Source: Candidatus Geohabitans tengchongensis
GTDB taxonomy: Bacteria > Sysuimicrobiota > Sysuimicrobiia > Sysuimicrobiales > Humicultoraceae
Length of the DNA stretch: 13,112 bases
Reading direction: 5' to 3'
Assembly (NCBI GenBank): GCA_031459625.1
Contig: JAVKIH010000041.1
Span: 1-13,112, forward strand
Both the position numbers and the translations under genes were made by a program. This document shows, one piece after another, positions 1 through 7,394 of the stretch. Position 1 is the stretch's first letter; each line of letters begins with the position of its first letter. Under the pieces are notes generated by a model. That model was not told where the DNA came from. It ran no database searches and saw only the letters and a program-made list of their open reading frames with translations.

Positions 1-614
1 TCGTCCACGTCGGCCTTGCGCGGGTAGGCCACGCTGGGGGGCTCCAGGTAGGCCCCCTTCACCAGGCGCACCCGCGCCCCCAGGCCGATGAGCCGCTGGA
101 CGTCGGCCGCGCTGCGGTAGAGGTAGGCCTGGATGACCACGCCCACGTTGCGGTAGCCGGCGTCCCACAGGTGCCGCCAGAGGCGCAGCGTCGGCTCCAC
201 CAGCGGGGACTCCTCCATGTCGATGCGCACGAAGGTCTCCTGCCGCCGCGCCGCGTCCACCACGCGGCGGAGCCGCTCCTCCGCCGCGCCCTCGTCCATC
301 GTCGCCCCGAGCTGGGAGAGCTTCACCGACAGGTTGCAGTCGAGCCCCTCCCGCCGGATCGTCTCCAGGATGGTGACGTACATGTCGGCGGCGTGCTCGG
401 CCTCCGCCGCGCTGGTGGTCTTCTCGCCCAGGTAGTTCAGGCTGGCGTGCAGGCCGGCGAGGTTGAGTTCCCGCACCGCCGCCACCGCCTCCGCCAGCGT
501 CTCCCCGGCCACGAAGCGGCGGGCGGCGCGGCGCGCCCAGGGGTGGTGCAGGACGAGGTCCTGGGCCCGGGCACTCTCGGAGAGGGCGATGAAGGCGCGC
601 CGCAGCCACCCCAT
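1..614 (-). CDS. Monofunctional proline dehydrogenase (PRODH), 3' end runs off the window
   Basis: Manual translation from ATG at 614: MGWLRRAFIALSES...ARRFVAGETLAEA...LNYLGE...LSVKLSQLG...FVRIDMEES...GVVIQAYLYRS...VRLVKGAYLEP. These are the FVAGE, SVKLSQLG, RIDME, QAYL and RLVKGAY motifs of PRODH. It is absent from the ORF track because it has no stop in the window. Confidence 0.93.
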   Translation of the reverse strand, partial: MGWLRRAFIALSESARAQDLVLHHPWARRAARRFVAGETLAEAVAAVRELNLAGLHASLNYLGEKTTSAAEAEHAADMYVTILETIRREGLDCNLSVKLSQLGATMDEGAAEERLRRVVDAARRQETFVRIDMEESPLVEPTLRLWRHLWDAGYRNVGVVIQAYLYRSAADVQRLIGLGARVRLVKGAYLEPPSVAYPRKADVD

Positions 615-638
615 CGGGTCCCTGCCGCCGTCCGCGCC

Positions 639-1910
639 TCAGGGGTAGATGCCGCGCAGGTAGAGCGCGTCGGCGACCCGCCCGATGGCCCGGATGAGCG
701 CTCCCACGCGCAGGCGCACCCGGTACTCCTCCGCGGTCTGCCAGACGCGGTGGAAGGCCCGCACCAGCGTGCGCTCGAGGTTCTGGTTGACCTCCTCCTC
801 GGTCCAGAAGAACTGCTGCAGCCCCTGCACCCACTCGAAGTAGGAGACGATCACCCCGCCGGCGTTGGCCAGGATGTCGGGGATGACCGGAATCCCCCGC
901 TCGGCGAAGACCTGGTCCGCGTCCGGCGTCAGCGGCCCGTTGGCCCCCTCGACGATCATGCGCGTGCGGATCCGCGGGGCGTTCTCCCCGTGGACCTGCG
1001 CCTCCAGGGCGCTGGGGATGAGGATGTCGCAGGGCAACTCCAGCAACTCCTCGTTGGTCACGCGGTCGGCGCCGGGGAAGCCCACCACCGACCCCGTGGC
1101 CTCCTTGTGGCGCAGCACCGCGCGCGGGTCCAGGCCCTTCGGGTTGAAGATCCCCCCGCGGCTGTCGCTGACGGCGATGACGCGGCAGCCGATGTCGTGC
1201 AGCAGGTAGGCGGCGATGGAGCCCACGTTGCCGTAGCCCTGGACCACCACCGTCGCCCCCTCCAGGGGCATGCCCAGGCGCCGCGCCGTCTCGCGCACGC
1301 AGATGGTCACCCCGCGCCCCGTGGCCTCCACGCGCCCGTAGGAGCCGCCGATCTCGATGGGCTTGCCGGTGACCACCGAGGGGGCGGAGTAGCCGCGGTG
1401 CATGCTGTAGGTGTCCATGATCCAGGCCATCACCTGGGGGTTGGTGCCCACGTCGGGGGCGGGGATGTCCCCCTCCGGGCTCATGAGCACGCTGATCTCT
1501 GTGGCGTAGCGCCGCGTCAGGTGCTCCAGCTCGTCCTGGGAGAGGGCCTTGGGGTCGACGACCACCCCGCCCTTGGCGCCGCCGTAGGGCAGGCCGACCA
1601 CCGCGCACTTCCAGGTCATCCACATGGCCAGCGCGCGGATCTCGTTGAGGGTGACGTCCGGGTGGTAGCGGATGCCGCCCTTGGTGGGCCCGAGCACCGT
1701 GCTGTGGTGGACGCGGTGTCCGGTGAAGACGCGCACGGAGCCGTCGTCCATCTTCACCGGGAAGTTCACAGTGAGCTCCCGCTTGGGGTAGGCCAGGAAG
1801 TCGCGGATGCCTCGCTTGAGGGGGAGGTGGTCTGCCGCCTCGTTGAACTGGCGCAGCGCCATCTGCCAGGGATCCTCTTTCGGGGCGATCACGACCGCCT
1901 GTGCGCTCAT
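639..1910 (-). CDS. gdhA: Glutamate dehydrogenase (Glu/Leu/Phe/Val dehydrogenase family), 423 aa
   Basis: Motifs [34 protein letters not shown] (Rossmann), EGANGP and [19 protein letters not shown]. Start placed at ATG 1910 (MSAQAVV), preceded by a strong SD (GAGGAGGAGG), rather than the track start at 2021. Confidence 0.93.
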   Translation of the reverse strand: MSAQAVVIAPKEDPWQMALRQFNEAADHLPLKRGIRDFLAYPKRELTVNFPVKMDDGSVRVFTGHRVHHSTVLGPTKGGIRYHPDVTLNEIRALAMWMTWKCAVVGLPYGGAKGGVVVDPKALSQDELEHLTRRYATEISVLMSPEGDIPAPDVGTNPQVMAWIMDTYSMHRGYSAPSVVTGKPIEIGGSYGRVEATGRGVTICVRETARRLGMPLEGATVVVQGYGNVGSIAAYLLHDIGCRVIAVSDSRGGIFNPKGLDPRAVLRHKEATGSVVGFPGADRVTNEELLELPCDILIPSALEAQVHGENAPRIRTRMIVEGANGPLTPDADQVFAERGIPVIPDILANAGGVIVSYFEWVQGLQQFFWTEEEVNQNLERTLVRAFHRVWQTAEEYRVRLRVGALIRAIGRVADALYLRGIYP

Positions 1911-2027
1911 AGGCCTCCTCCTCGCGCCGCCCGCCGGACGGGACGGCAACCCGGGGTAGGGAATGGGTGTGTTCAGACCCTTCGGCCCGCTGCCGCCCGC
2001 CCCCTGCGCGCCACCCCGCACGCCGCC

Positions 2028-3029
2028 CTACCGCACCAGCCACGAGACCGGCACCAGCACCACCCCCGCCGCGTCGAAGGCGGGGAGCAGGGTGCGCACC
2101 ACGTCCGCGGTGACGCGCTGGACGTGGCCGATGCCGATGGCCTCCCCGCGCGCCAGGGCCACGTCGAGCAGGTGGCGCACCTGGGCGGCGATCGCCTCCG
2201 GGTCCTCCGCGTTGTCGAGGAAGACGGTCCGCTCCGCCGCGGGGACGCCGGCGGCCCGGGCCAGCGGGACCGCCACCGAGGCCGGGGTGGTGCGGCTGTC
2301 CACGAAGAACAGCCCCCGCGAGCGCGCCACGTGGAGCACCGCGCGCATGACCCGCGGGTCCGCCGTCGCCCGCGACCCCATGTGCCCGCTGATCCCCACC
2401 GCGCCCGGGACGCTGGCCAGCGCCGACTCGACCTCCCGGACGATGGCCTCCTCACCCATGGCGGTGGTCACGCCGTGTGGGCCCAGCCGACGCGCGGGGT
2501 CCTCGGCTTCCAGGGGCAGGTGCAGCAGCACCTCCAGGCCCGCCGCCCGCGCCCGCTCGGCCACGGCCCTGGAGGCGGGCAGGCCCGGCAGGACCGCCAC
2601 CGTCACCGGGCGCCCCAGGGCCAGGATGGGGTCGAGCTGGGCGAGCTGCCCTCCGGCGTCGTCGAAGACGATGGCCACGCGCGCCTGCGGCGGAGATCCC
2701 GTGGGCGCGGTGTCCGGGAGGGCAGGGGCGCGGCCGGGCCGGAGCCGGGCGGGCGTAGGCCGCGGCCGCTCGGGCCGTCGGGACCCAGCGGAGGGTCCGG
2801 CCCCGGGCACCCGGGGCGACGGGCGGGGCGAAGGCGACAGCGCGGCAGGCCGGGTGCCGCCCGGCGGGTAGGGCGGCAGGGCGCCCGCCCCCAGCCCCAG
2901 CCAGTAACCCACCGCCCCGCCGACCACCAGCAGGAGCGACGCCAGCACCGCCACGGCCCAGGCGGCGCTGCCGGCGTGTGGGAGGGCATGCGGCCGGTCG
3001 GCCCTTCCGGACCGGGGGCCGGCCCTCAC
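2028..3029 (-). CDS. Divergent polysaccharide deacetylase family protein (YibQ/DUF610-like), membrane-anchored
   Basis: N-terminal hydrophobic helix (AAWAVAVLASLLLVVGGAVGYWLG), Pro/Arg-rich linker, then VAIVFDDAG, LLHLPLE, GHMGS, FFVDSRT, RTVFLDN and IGIGH motifs. The GTG start overlaps the S41 protease stop (GTGA, 3026-3029). Confidence 0.88.
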   Translation of the reverse strand: MRAGPRSGRADRPHALPHAGSAAWAVAVLASLLLVVGGAVGYWLGLGAGALPPYPPGGTRPAALSPSPRPSPRVPGAGPSAGSRRPERPRPTPARLRPGRAPALPDTAPTGSPPQARVAIVFDDAGGQLAQLDPILALGRPVTVAVLPGLPASRAVAERARAAGLEVLLHLPLEAEDPARRLGPHGVTTAMGEEAIVREVESALASVPGAVGISGHMGSRATADPRVMRAVLHVARSRGLFFVDSRTTPASVAVPLARAAGVPAAERTVFLDNAEDPEAIAAQVRHLLDVALARGEAIGIGHVQRVTADVVRTLLPAFDAAGVVLVPVSWLVR

Positions 3030-4243
3030 GGCGACAGACGCCGGCGCAGGACCTCGAAGGCGCGGGCGAACTGCTCCGCCTCAATGCGGGCCACCTCGGC
3101 CTCGCTGCGCCCTTCCTGCCGCGCGCCCGCCACCAGGGTCGGCGTGATCCCCGTCCCGTGGATGTCGTGGCCGTCCGGCGTCAGGTACTTGCCGCTCGTG
3201 ATGGTGGCCCCTGCTCCCCCCGGCAGGGAGACCACGCTCTGGATGACCCCCTTGCCGAAGGTGCGCAGGCCCACGAGCGGGGCCACGTCGTGGTCCCGCA
3301 GGGCGCCGGCCAGGATCTCGCCGGCGCTGGCGGTGAACTCGTTCACCAGGACGACCGCCGGCAGGGTGACCTTGGGCCCGCGGGTGGCCCGCTGGGTCTG
3401 TCGCCGCCCCTGCCGGTCCACGGTGTGGACGATGGGCTGCCCGGCCGGCACGAAGCGGTCGGCCACCTCGACGGCGACATCGAGCAATCCCCCGCCGTTG
3501 TTGCGCAGGTCGAGCAGCAGCCCGCGCGCGCCCGCCGCCCGGGCCGCCTCCACCGCTCGCGCGAACTCGCGGGCCGTGGTCTCGTTGAAGAGCAGGATGC
3601 GCACGTAGGCCACGCGCGTCGCCCGCAGCGCGGCGCGCTGCGCCGGCGGGAGGTTCTCGTCCCCCTGGACGCTGACATTGGCGATGCGCGCGCGCACCAG
3701 CCGCACCGTGAAAACGCGCTCGCCGCGGCCCAACCGCAGCGTCACCGCAGAACCCGCCGGCCCGCGGATGCGGGTGACCACCTCCTCGAGCGACATCCCC
3801 CGGGTGTCCACCCCGTCCACGGCCAGGATGCGGTCTCCCGCGCGGATGCCGGCGCGGTAGGCCGGGGTGCGCGGGATGGGCGTGACGACCACCGGGCGGT
3901 CGCCCTGCAGCTCGACGAAGAGCCCCACACCGTGAAAGACCCCGCCGAGGTGCTCCCGGTACTCGCGGTACGCCTCGGGGTCGAGGAAGCGGGTGTAGGG
4001 GTCGCCCAGGGCCTCGAGCATCCCGCGGGCGGCCCCGTAGAAGAGGGACCGGGTGTCCACCTGGCGCTCAAGGTAGGTGGTGCGGACGTGGTGGAGGAGC
4101 TCGCGCAGCAGGGCGAAGCCCTGGCTCTCGGCGTCCCCGCCGAGAGCCGCCTGGCTGCGCCCGACACCGTACCCCGCCAGGAACCCTGCGCCAATGAGGA
4201 CGAGGAGGAGGACGGCGGCGATGGCGGGACGGGACCGCGGCAT
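3026..4243 (-). CDS. ctpA: S41A C-terminal processing protease (CtpA-like) with PDZ domain
   Basis: N-terminal signal/TM segment, LGDPYT, PDZ domain (GVG...PAYRAGIRAGDRILAVDG), LDLRNNGGG, TASAGEI (catalytic Ser), TFGKG (catalytic Lys), YLTPDG and GITP. Confidence 0.93.
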   Translation of the reverse strand: MPRSRPAIAAVLLLVLIGAGFLAGYGVGRSQAALGGDAESQGFALLRELLHHVRTTYLERQVDTRSLFYGAARGMLEALGDPYTRFLDPEAYREYREHLGGVFHGVGLFVELQGDRPVVVTPIPRTPAYRAGIRAGDRILAVDGVDTRGMSLEEVVTRIRGPAGSAVTLRLGRGERVFTVRLVRARIANVSVQGDENLPPAQRAALRATRVAYVRILLFNETTAREFARAVEAARAAGARGLLLDLRNNGGGLLDVAVEVADRFVPAGQPIVHTVDRQGRRQTQRATRGPKVTLPAVVLVNEFTASAGEILAGALRDHDVAPLVGLRTFGKGVIQSVVSLPGGAGATITSGKYLTPDGHDIHGTGITPTLVAGARQEGRSEAEVARIEAEQFARAFEVLRRRLSP

Positions 4244-4355
4244 GGACCGCTCAGGGCCGGGCCGGGCGCCCGGACAGGCCGACTGCGGCCGTGGTCAGCG
4301 ACGTGCCCACGCCCTCAGCATAGCGGAGGAGGCCCGGCGGTGTGGCGGAGGGCGG

Positions 4356-5471
4356 TCACCGCCCCTGCGGGTCGACCGGCTGACCGTTCACGCGGATCTC
4401 GAAGTGGACGTGCGGGCCGGTGCTGTAGCCGGTGCTGCCCACGCGGCCGATCACCTCGCCCCGGCGCACCCGCTCCCCCGGACGCGTGAGGATGGCGGAG
4501 AGGTGGGCGTAGAGGGTGGAGAGGCCCTCGCCGTGGTCGAGGATGACGATCTTCCCGTAGCCCCCGAACCACCCGGCGTAGATGACGGTGCCGTCCCAGG
4601 CCGCCACCACCGGCGCCCCCCAGGGGGCGGCGATGTCGACGCCGCTGTGCATGCGCTGCACGCGGAAGATGGGGTGGACCCGCAGGCCGAACCCTGAGGT
4701 GAAGGCCCCGCGGGCGGGCCAGAGGAAGTTGCGGAAGCGGCCGGGCGGGATCACGCCGGGGGCGGCGGCCTGCATCCGCTGGATGAGCTGGACGAGCTCC
4801 CGGTCGGTGCGTTCCAGCTCCTCCACGACCTCCTCGTAGAGGGCGCGCTCCCGCTGGATGCGGACCAGCAGCGCCTGCTTCGCCCGGGCCTGGGCCGCCA
4901 CCGCCTCCCGCCGGGCGCGCGTCTCGGCGATGAGCTCGGCGATGCGCGCCTGGTCGGCCACGAGCGCCTCGTGCAGGCGGGCGTAGCGCTCCGCGTCCTG
5001 GTCGTACTCGGCGATGAGCCGGGCGTCCGCCCGCATGATCGTCGTCAGGAAGTGCGCCCGGGCGACGAACTCGGCGAAGTCGGTGACGTCCAGCAGGACG
5101 TCCACGTAGCCGCGGCGGCCGTACTTGTAGATGTCCCGCAACCGCCCGCCCACCAGCGCCCGCTGCCGGGCCAGGCGCTGCCGCACCAGGGCCAGCTCGC
5201 GCCCCGTGGCCTGGGCCCGCGCGCGCGTCTGGGCCAGCTCCCGGGCCAGCACGCGCAGCCGCGCCTCCTCCGCCTCCAGGCGCTGGTCCATCGCCTCCAG
5301 GTCCCGCAGCGTCCGGCGCTCCGCGCGCTTCACCGCACGCAGGCGGGTGCGCTGCTCCTCCAGCTGGCGGCGCACCTGCCGCAGCTCGGTGCGCTTCTGC
5401 TGGAGCGAGGGCGCGGCGGCGGCCGGGACGGCCAGCACCAGCATCAGGAGGAGCGGGAGGGCGCGACGCAC
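4356..5471 (-). CDS. Secreted coiled-coil + M23 peptidoglycan endopeptidase (EnvC/murein hydrolase activator family)
   Basis: Signal peptide (MRRALPLLLMLVLAVPAAAA), long coiled coil, and C-terminal M23 domain with HSGVD, YAHL and STGPHVHFEI. Lies directly downstream of ftsX. Confidence 0.92.
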   Translation of the reverse strand: MRRALPLLLMLVLAVPAAAAPSLQQKRTELRQVRRQLEEQRTRLRAVKRAERRTLRDLEAMDQRLEAEEARLRVLARELAQTRARAQATGRELALVRQRLARQRALVGGRLRDIYKYGRRGYVDVLLDVTDFAEFVARAHFLTTIMRADARLIAEYDQDAERYARLHEALVADQARIAELIAETRARREAVAAQARAKQALLVRIQRERALYEEVVEELERTDRELVQLIQRMQAAAPGVIPPGRFRNFLWPARGAFTSGFGLRVHPIFRVQRMHSGVDIAAPWGAPVVAAWDGTVIYAGWFGGYGKIVILDHGEGLSTLYAHLSAILTRPGERVRRGEVIGRVGSTGYSTGPHVHFEIRVNGQPVDPQGR

Positions 5472-5481
5472 TGACGGCGCC

Positions 5482-6432
5482 TCAGGTCTGGAGGAAGCGG
5501 CGCAGGGCCAGCAGGCTCCCGCTCATCCCCACCACCAGCCCCCCTGCACCGATCGTCCCGAGCAGCCCGGGGAGGAGGTCGGCAGGCCCCAGCAGGGGGA
5601 GGAAGGGCAGGGCGCCGCGCGCCCGCTCCACCAGGAAGGCGTAGGCGGGGACGAGCACGCCGGCGGCCAGCAGGATGGCCAGCGCGCCTTCCACGGCCCC
5701 CTCCATGAGGAAGGGGGAGCGCATGTACCACCCGCCGGCGCCCACGAGCTGCATGATCTCGATCTCCTGACGCCGCGCCAGGATGGTGAGGCGCACCGTG
5801 TTCATGATGATGATCAGGGCCACGAGCCCCAGCAGGAGGGCCAGCCCCAGCCCGACGGCGCGCACCACCCCGGTGACGGCGAGGAGGCGGTCCACGACCT
5901 CGCCCCCGAAGGCCACCTCCTCCACGCCGCGCAGGCGGCGCACCGCCTCGGCCACCCGCCGGACCTGGCGGCCCTCGGTGACGGCGATCTCCAGCGAGTC
6001 GGGCAGCGGGTTGGTCTGGACCACGTCGCGCAGCGCCACCCGGTCGCCGAGCGTGGCCTGGAGCCGCCGCAGGGCGACGTCGCGGCCGACGAAGGTCACC
6101 GCGCGCACGCCCGGCACCCGACGCGCCTCCGCCACCAGGCGGTCCCGCTCCGCCGGCGTGAGCCCGTCGCGCAGGTAGGCCACCACGCCCACCTGCCCCT
6201 CGACCACGCGGGCCAGGTGGTGGAGGTTGGCACTGAGGATGAGGCCGCAGCCGACGAGCAGCAGCGTCACCAGGATGGTGGTGACCGCGGCCAGGCTCAT
6301 CAGCCCGTTGCGGCGGAAGGCCAGGGCCGCCTCGCGGACGGTGTAGGCCACCGCCGCCCGCACCCGGGCTGCCGCCACCGCCACGGGGGGAGGTACGGCC
6401 GGACGGCCTCCGACCGGACGCCGTTCAGCCAC
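5482..6432 (-). CDS. ftsX: Cell division permease FtsX
   Basis: REAALAFRRNGLMSLAAVTTI (TM1), extracellular domain with NPLPDSLEI, IMNTVRLTILARRQEIEIMQLVGA...PFLMEG, and three more TM helices. The start is uncertain: GTG 6432 (overlapping the ftsE stop) is preferred over the track start 6471. Confidence 0.92.
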   Translation of the reverse strand: MAERRPVGGRPAVPPPVAVAAARVRAAVAYTVREAALAFRRNGLMSLAAVTTILVTLLLVGCGLILSANLHHLARVVEGQVGVVAYLRDGLTPAERDRLVAEARRVPGVRAVTFVGRDVALRRLQATLGDRVALRDVVQTNPLPDSLEIAVTEGRQVRRVAEAVRRLRGVEEVAFGGEVVDRLLAVTGVVRAVGLGLALLLGLVALIIIMNTVRLTILARRQEIEIMQLVGAGGWYMRSPFLMEGAVEGALAILLAAGVLVPAYAFLVERARGALPFLPLLGPADLLPGLLGTIGAGGLVVGMSGSLLALRRFLQT

Positions 6433-7150
6433 GCCGCCCCACCACCAGATGCGGCACGTCCACGGCGGCACGGGGGGTGTAGAGGCCGTAGTCCTCGTCG
6501 CGGACCACCGTGCCCCCGGCCAGTTCGACGACGCGCTTGCGCAGGATGTCCACGATCGTCTTGTTGTGGGTGGTGACGACCACCGTCGTGCCGTGCAGGT
6601 TGATGCGGCTGAGGAGCTGGATGATCTCCCAGGAGGTGCGCGGGTCGAGGTTGCCGGTAGGCTCGTCGGCCAGCAGCAGCGGGGGCTGGTGGACCAGGGC
6701 GCGCGCGATGGAGACCCGCTGCTGCTCCCCGCCGGAGAGCTGGTGCGGGTAGGCGTCGGCCCGCTCCTCCAGCCCCACCACGCCGAGCGCCCGCAGGGTG
6801 CGCGGCCGGATCTCGTGCGGGGCGGCGCCGGTCACGTGCAGGGCGAAGGCCACGTTCTCGTAGGCGGTCTTGTGCGGCAGGAGCTTGTAGTCCTGGAAGA
6901 CGATGCCCATACTCCGGCGCAGCGCCGGGACGTGGCGGCGCGGCAGCCGGGTGATGTCCCGGCCGCCCACAATCACCTGCCCCCGGGTGGGCACTTCAGC
7001 CCGGTAGATGAGCTTGAGCAGGGTGGACTTGCCGGACCCCGTGGCCCCGATGATGAAGACGAACTCGCCCGGCTCGATGGAGAGGGAGACGTCCCGGAGG
7101 GCGGTGACGCCGTTGGGGTAGCACTTGGAGACGCCGCGGAATCGGATCAT
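6425..7150 (-). CDS. ftsE: Cell division ATP-binding protein FtsE
   Basis: [11 protein letters not shown] start, Walker [45 protein letters not shown] and TTH. Immediately upstream of ftsX. Start placed at ATG 7150 by family N-terminus; no SD is visible. Confidence 0.95.
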   Translation of the reverse strand: MIRFRGVSKCYPNGVTALRDVSLSIEPGEFVFIIGATGSGKSTLLKLIYRAEVPTRGQVIVGGRDITRLPRRHVPALRRSMGIVFQDYKLLPHKTAYENVAFALHVTGAAPHEIRPRTLRALGVVGLEERADAYPHQLSGGEQQRVSIARALVHQPPLLLADEPTGNLDPRTSWEIIQLLSRINLHGTTVVVTTHNKTIVDILRKRVVELAGGTVVRDEDYGLYTPRAAVDVPHLVVGRRG

Positions 7151-7394
7151 CGACAAGAGCGACGGAAAGGGCGACGACAGCCTGTCTGTGCGTCCCTGGC
7201 GGGTCTTCGGCACGCGGCGAGATTTTCCTCTCGCCGCGCGAGGCCCCGCCGAAGCCACGCGGAGAGCCTGCCAGGCCGCCGGGGGAGGCGGCCCTCCTCC
7301 CCTCCTCCCTCCTATGCCCGCTTTCGGTGGGCTTCAGCCGGGCGGACGCAGGCCCCGGCCTCGGCCACCGACGTCCCTTCGGTCGCTCCTGTCA
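7151..7394 (-). ncRNA. Candidate structured RNA filling the surE-ftsE intergenic region (unclassified)
   Basis: Arms 7151-7182 and 7363-7394 pair without gaps (23 WC + 6 G-U + 3 mismatches on minus-strand RNA). There is an inner stem at 7189-7195/7344-7350 and internal hairpins at 7213-7238, 7274-7293 and 7316-7332. I recognise no known family. Confidence 0.45.

Noticed and set aside
1936..2015. c-di-GMP-I riboswitch or sigma54 promoter upstream of gdh
   Set aside because: GGGTCTGA and CCGGGTTGCC resemble parts of the c-di-GMP-I motif, but GGCAAAC/GAAA/GACGCAAA are missing. A GG-N10-GC match lacks the TTGC context and is expected by chance.
171..3608. 1145-aa plus-strand ORF
   Set aside because: Antisense shadow of PRODH, gdh, the deacetylase and ctpA. 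It is low-complexity R/G/P/H-rich with no motifs, and long stop-free antisense frames are expected at this GC content.
7151..7258. N-terminal extensions of ftsE (7258), gdh (2021), surE (8372) and kinase (12653) given by the ORF track
   Set aside because: The extensions are low-complexity and precede the family-typical N-termini. Downstream starts have SD sites or stop/start overlaps; ftsE was placed by homology only.
7195..7345. c-di-AMP or cobalamin riboswitch upstream of ftsE
   Set aside because: Only fragments resemble them (GCTGAA..., GAAGACCCGCC). The core conserved blocks (GCGGGGGA..CC and CAGCUAAC for c-di-AMP; GGGAA, ACUG and the B12 box for cobalamin) are not present.
7151..7394. 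MITE/IS remnant with terminal inverted repeats
   Set aside because: No target-site duplication or transposase, and the arm mismatches are biased to G-U on one strand, favouring RNA structure. Not fully excluded without a genome-wide copy search.
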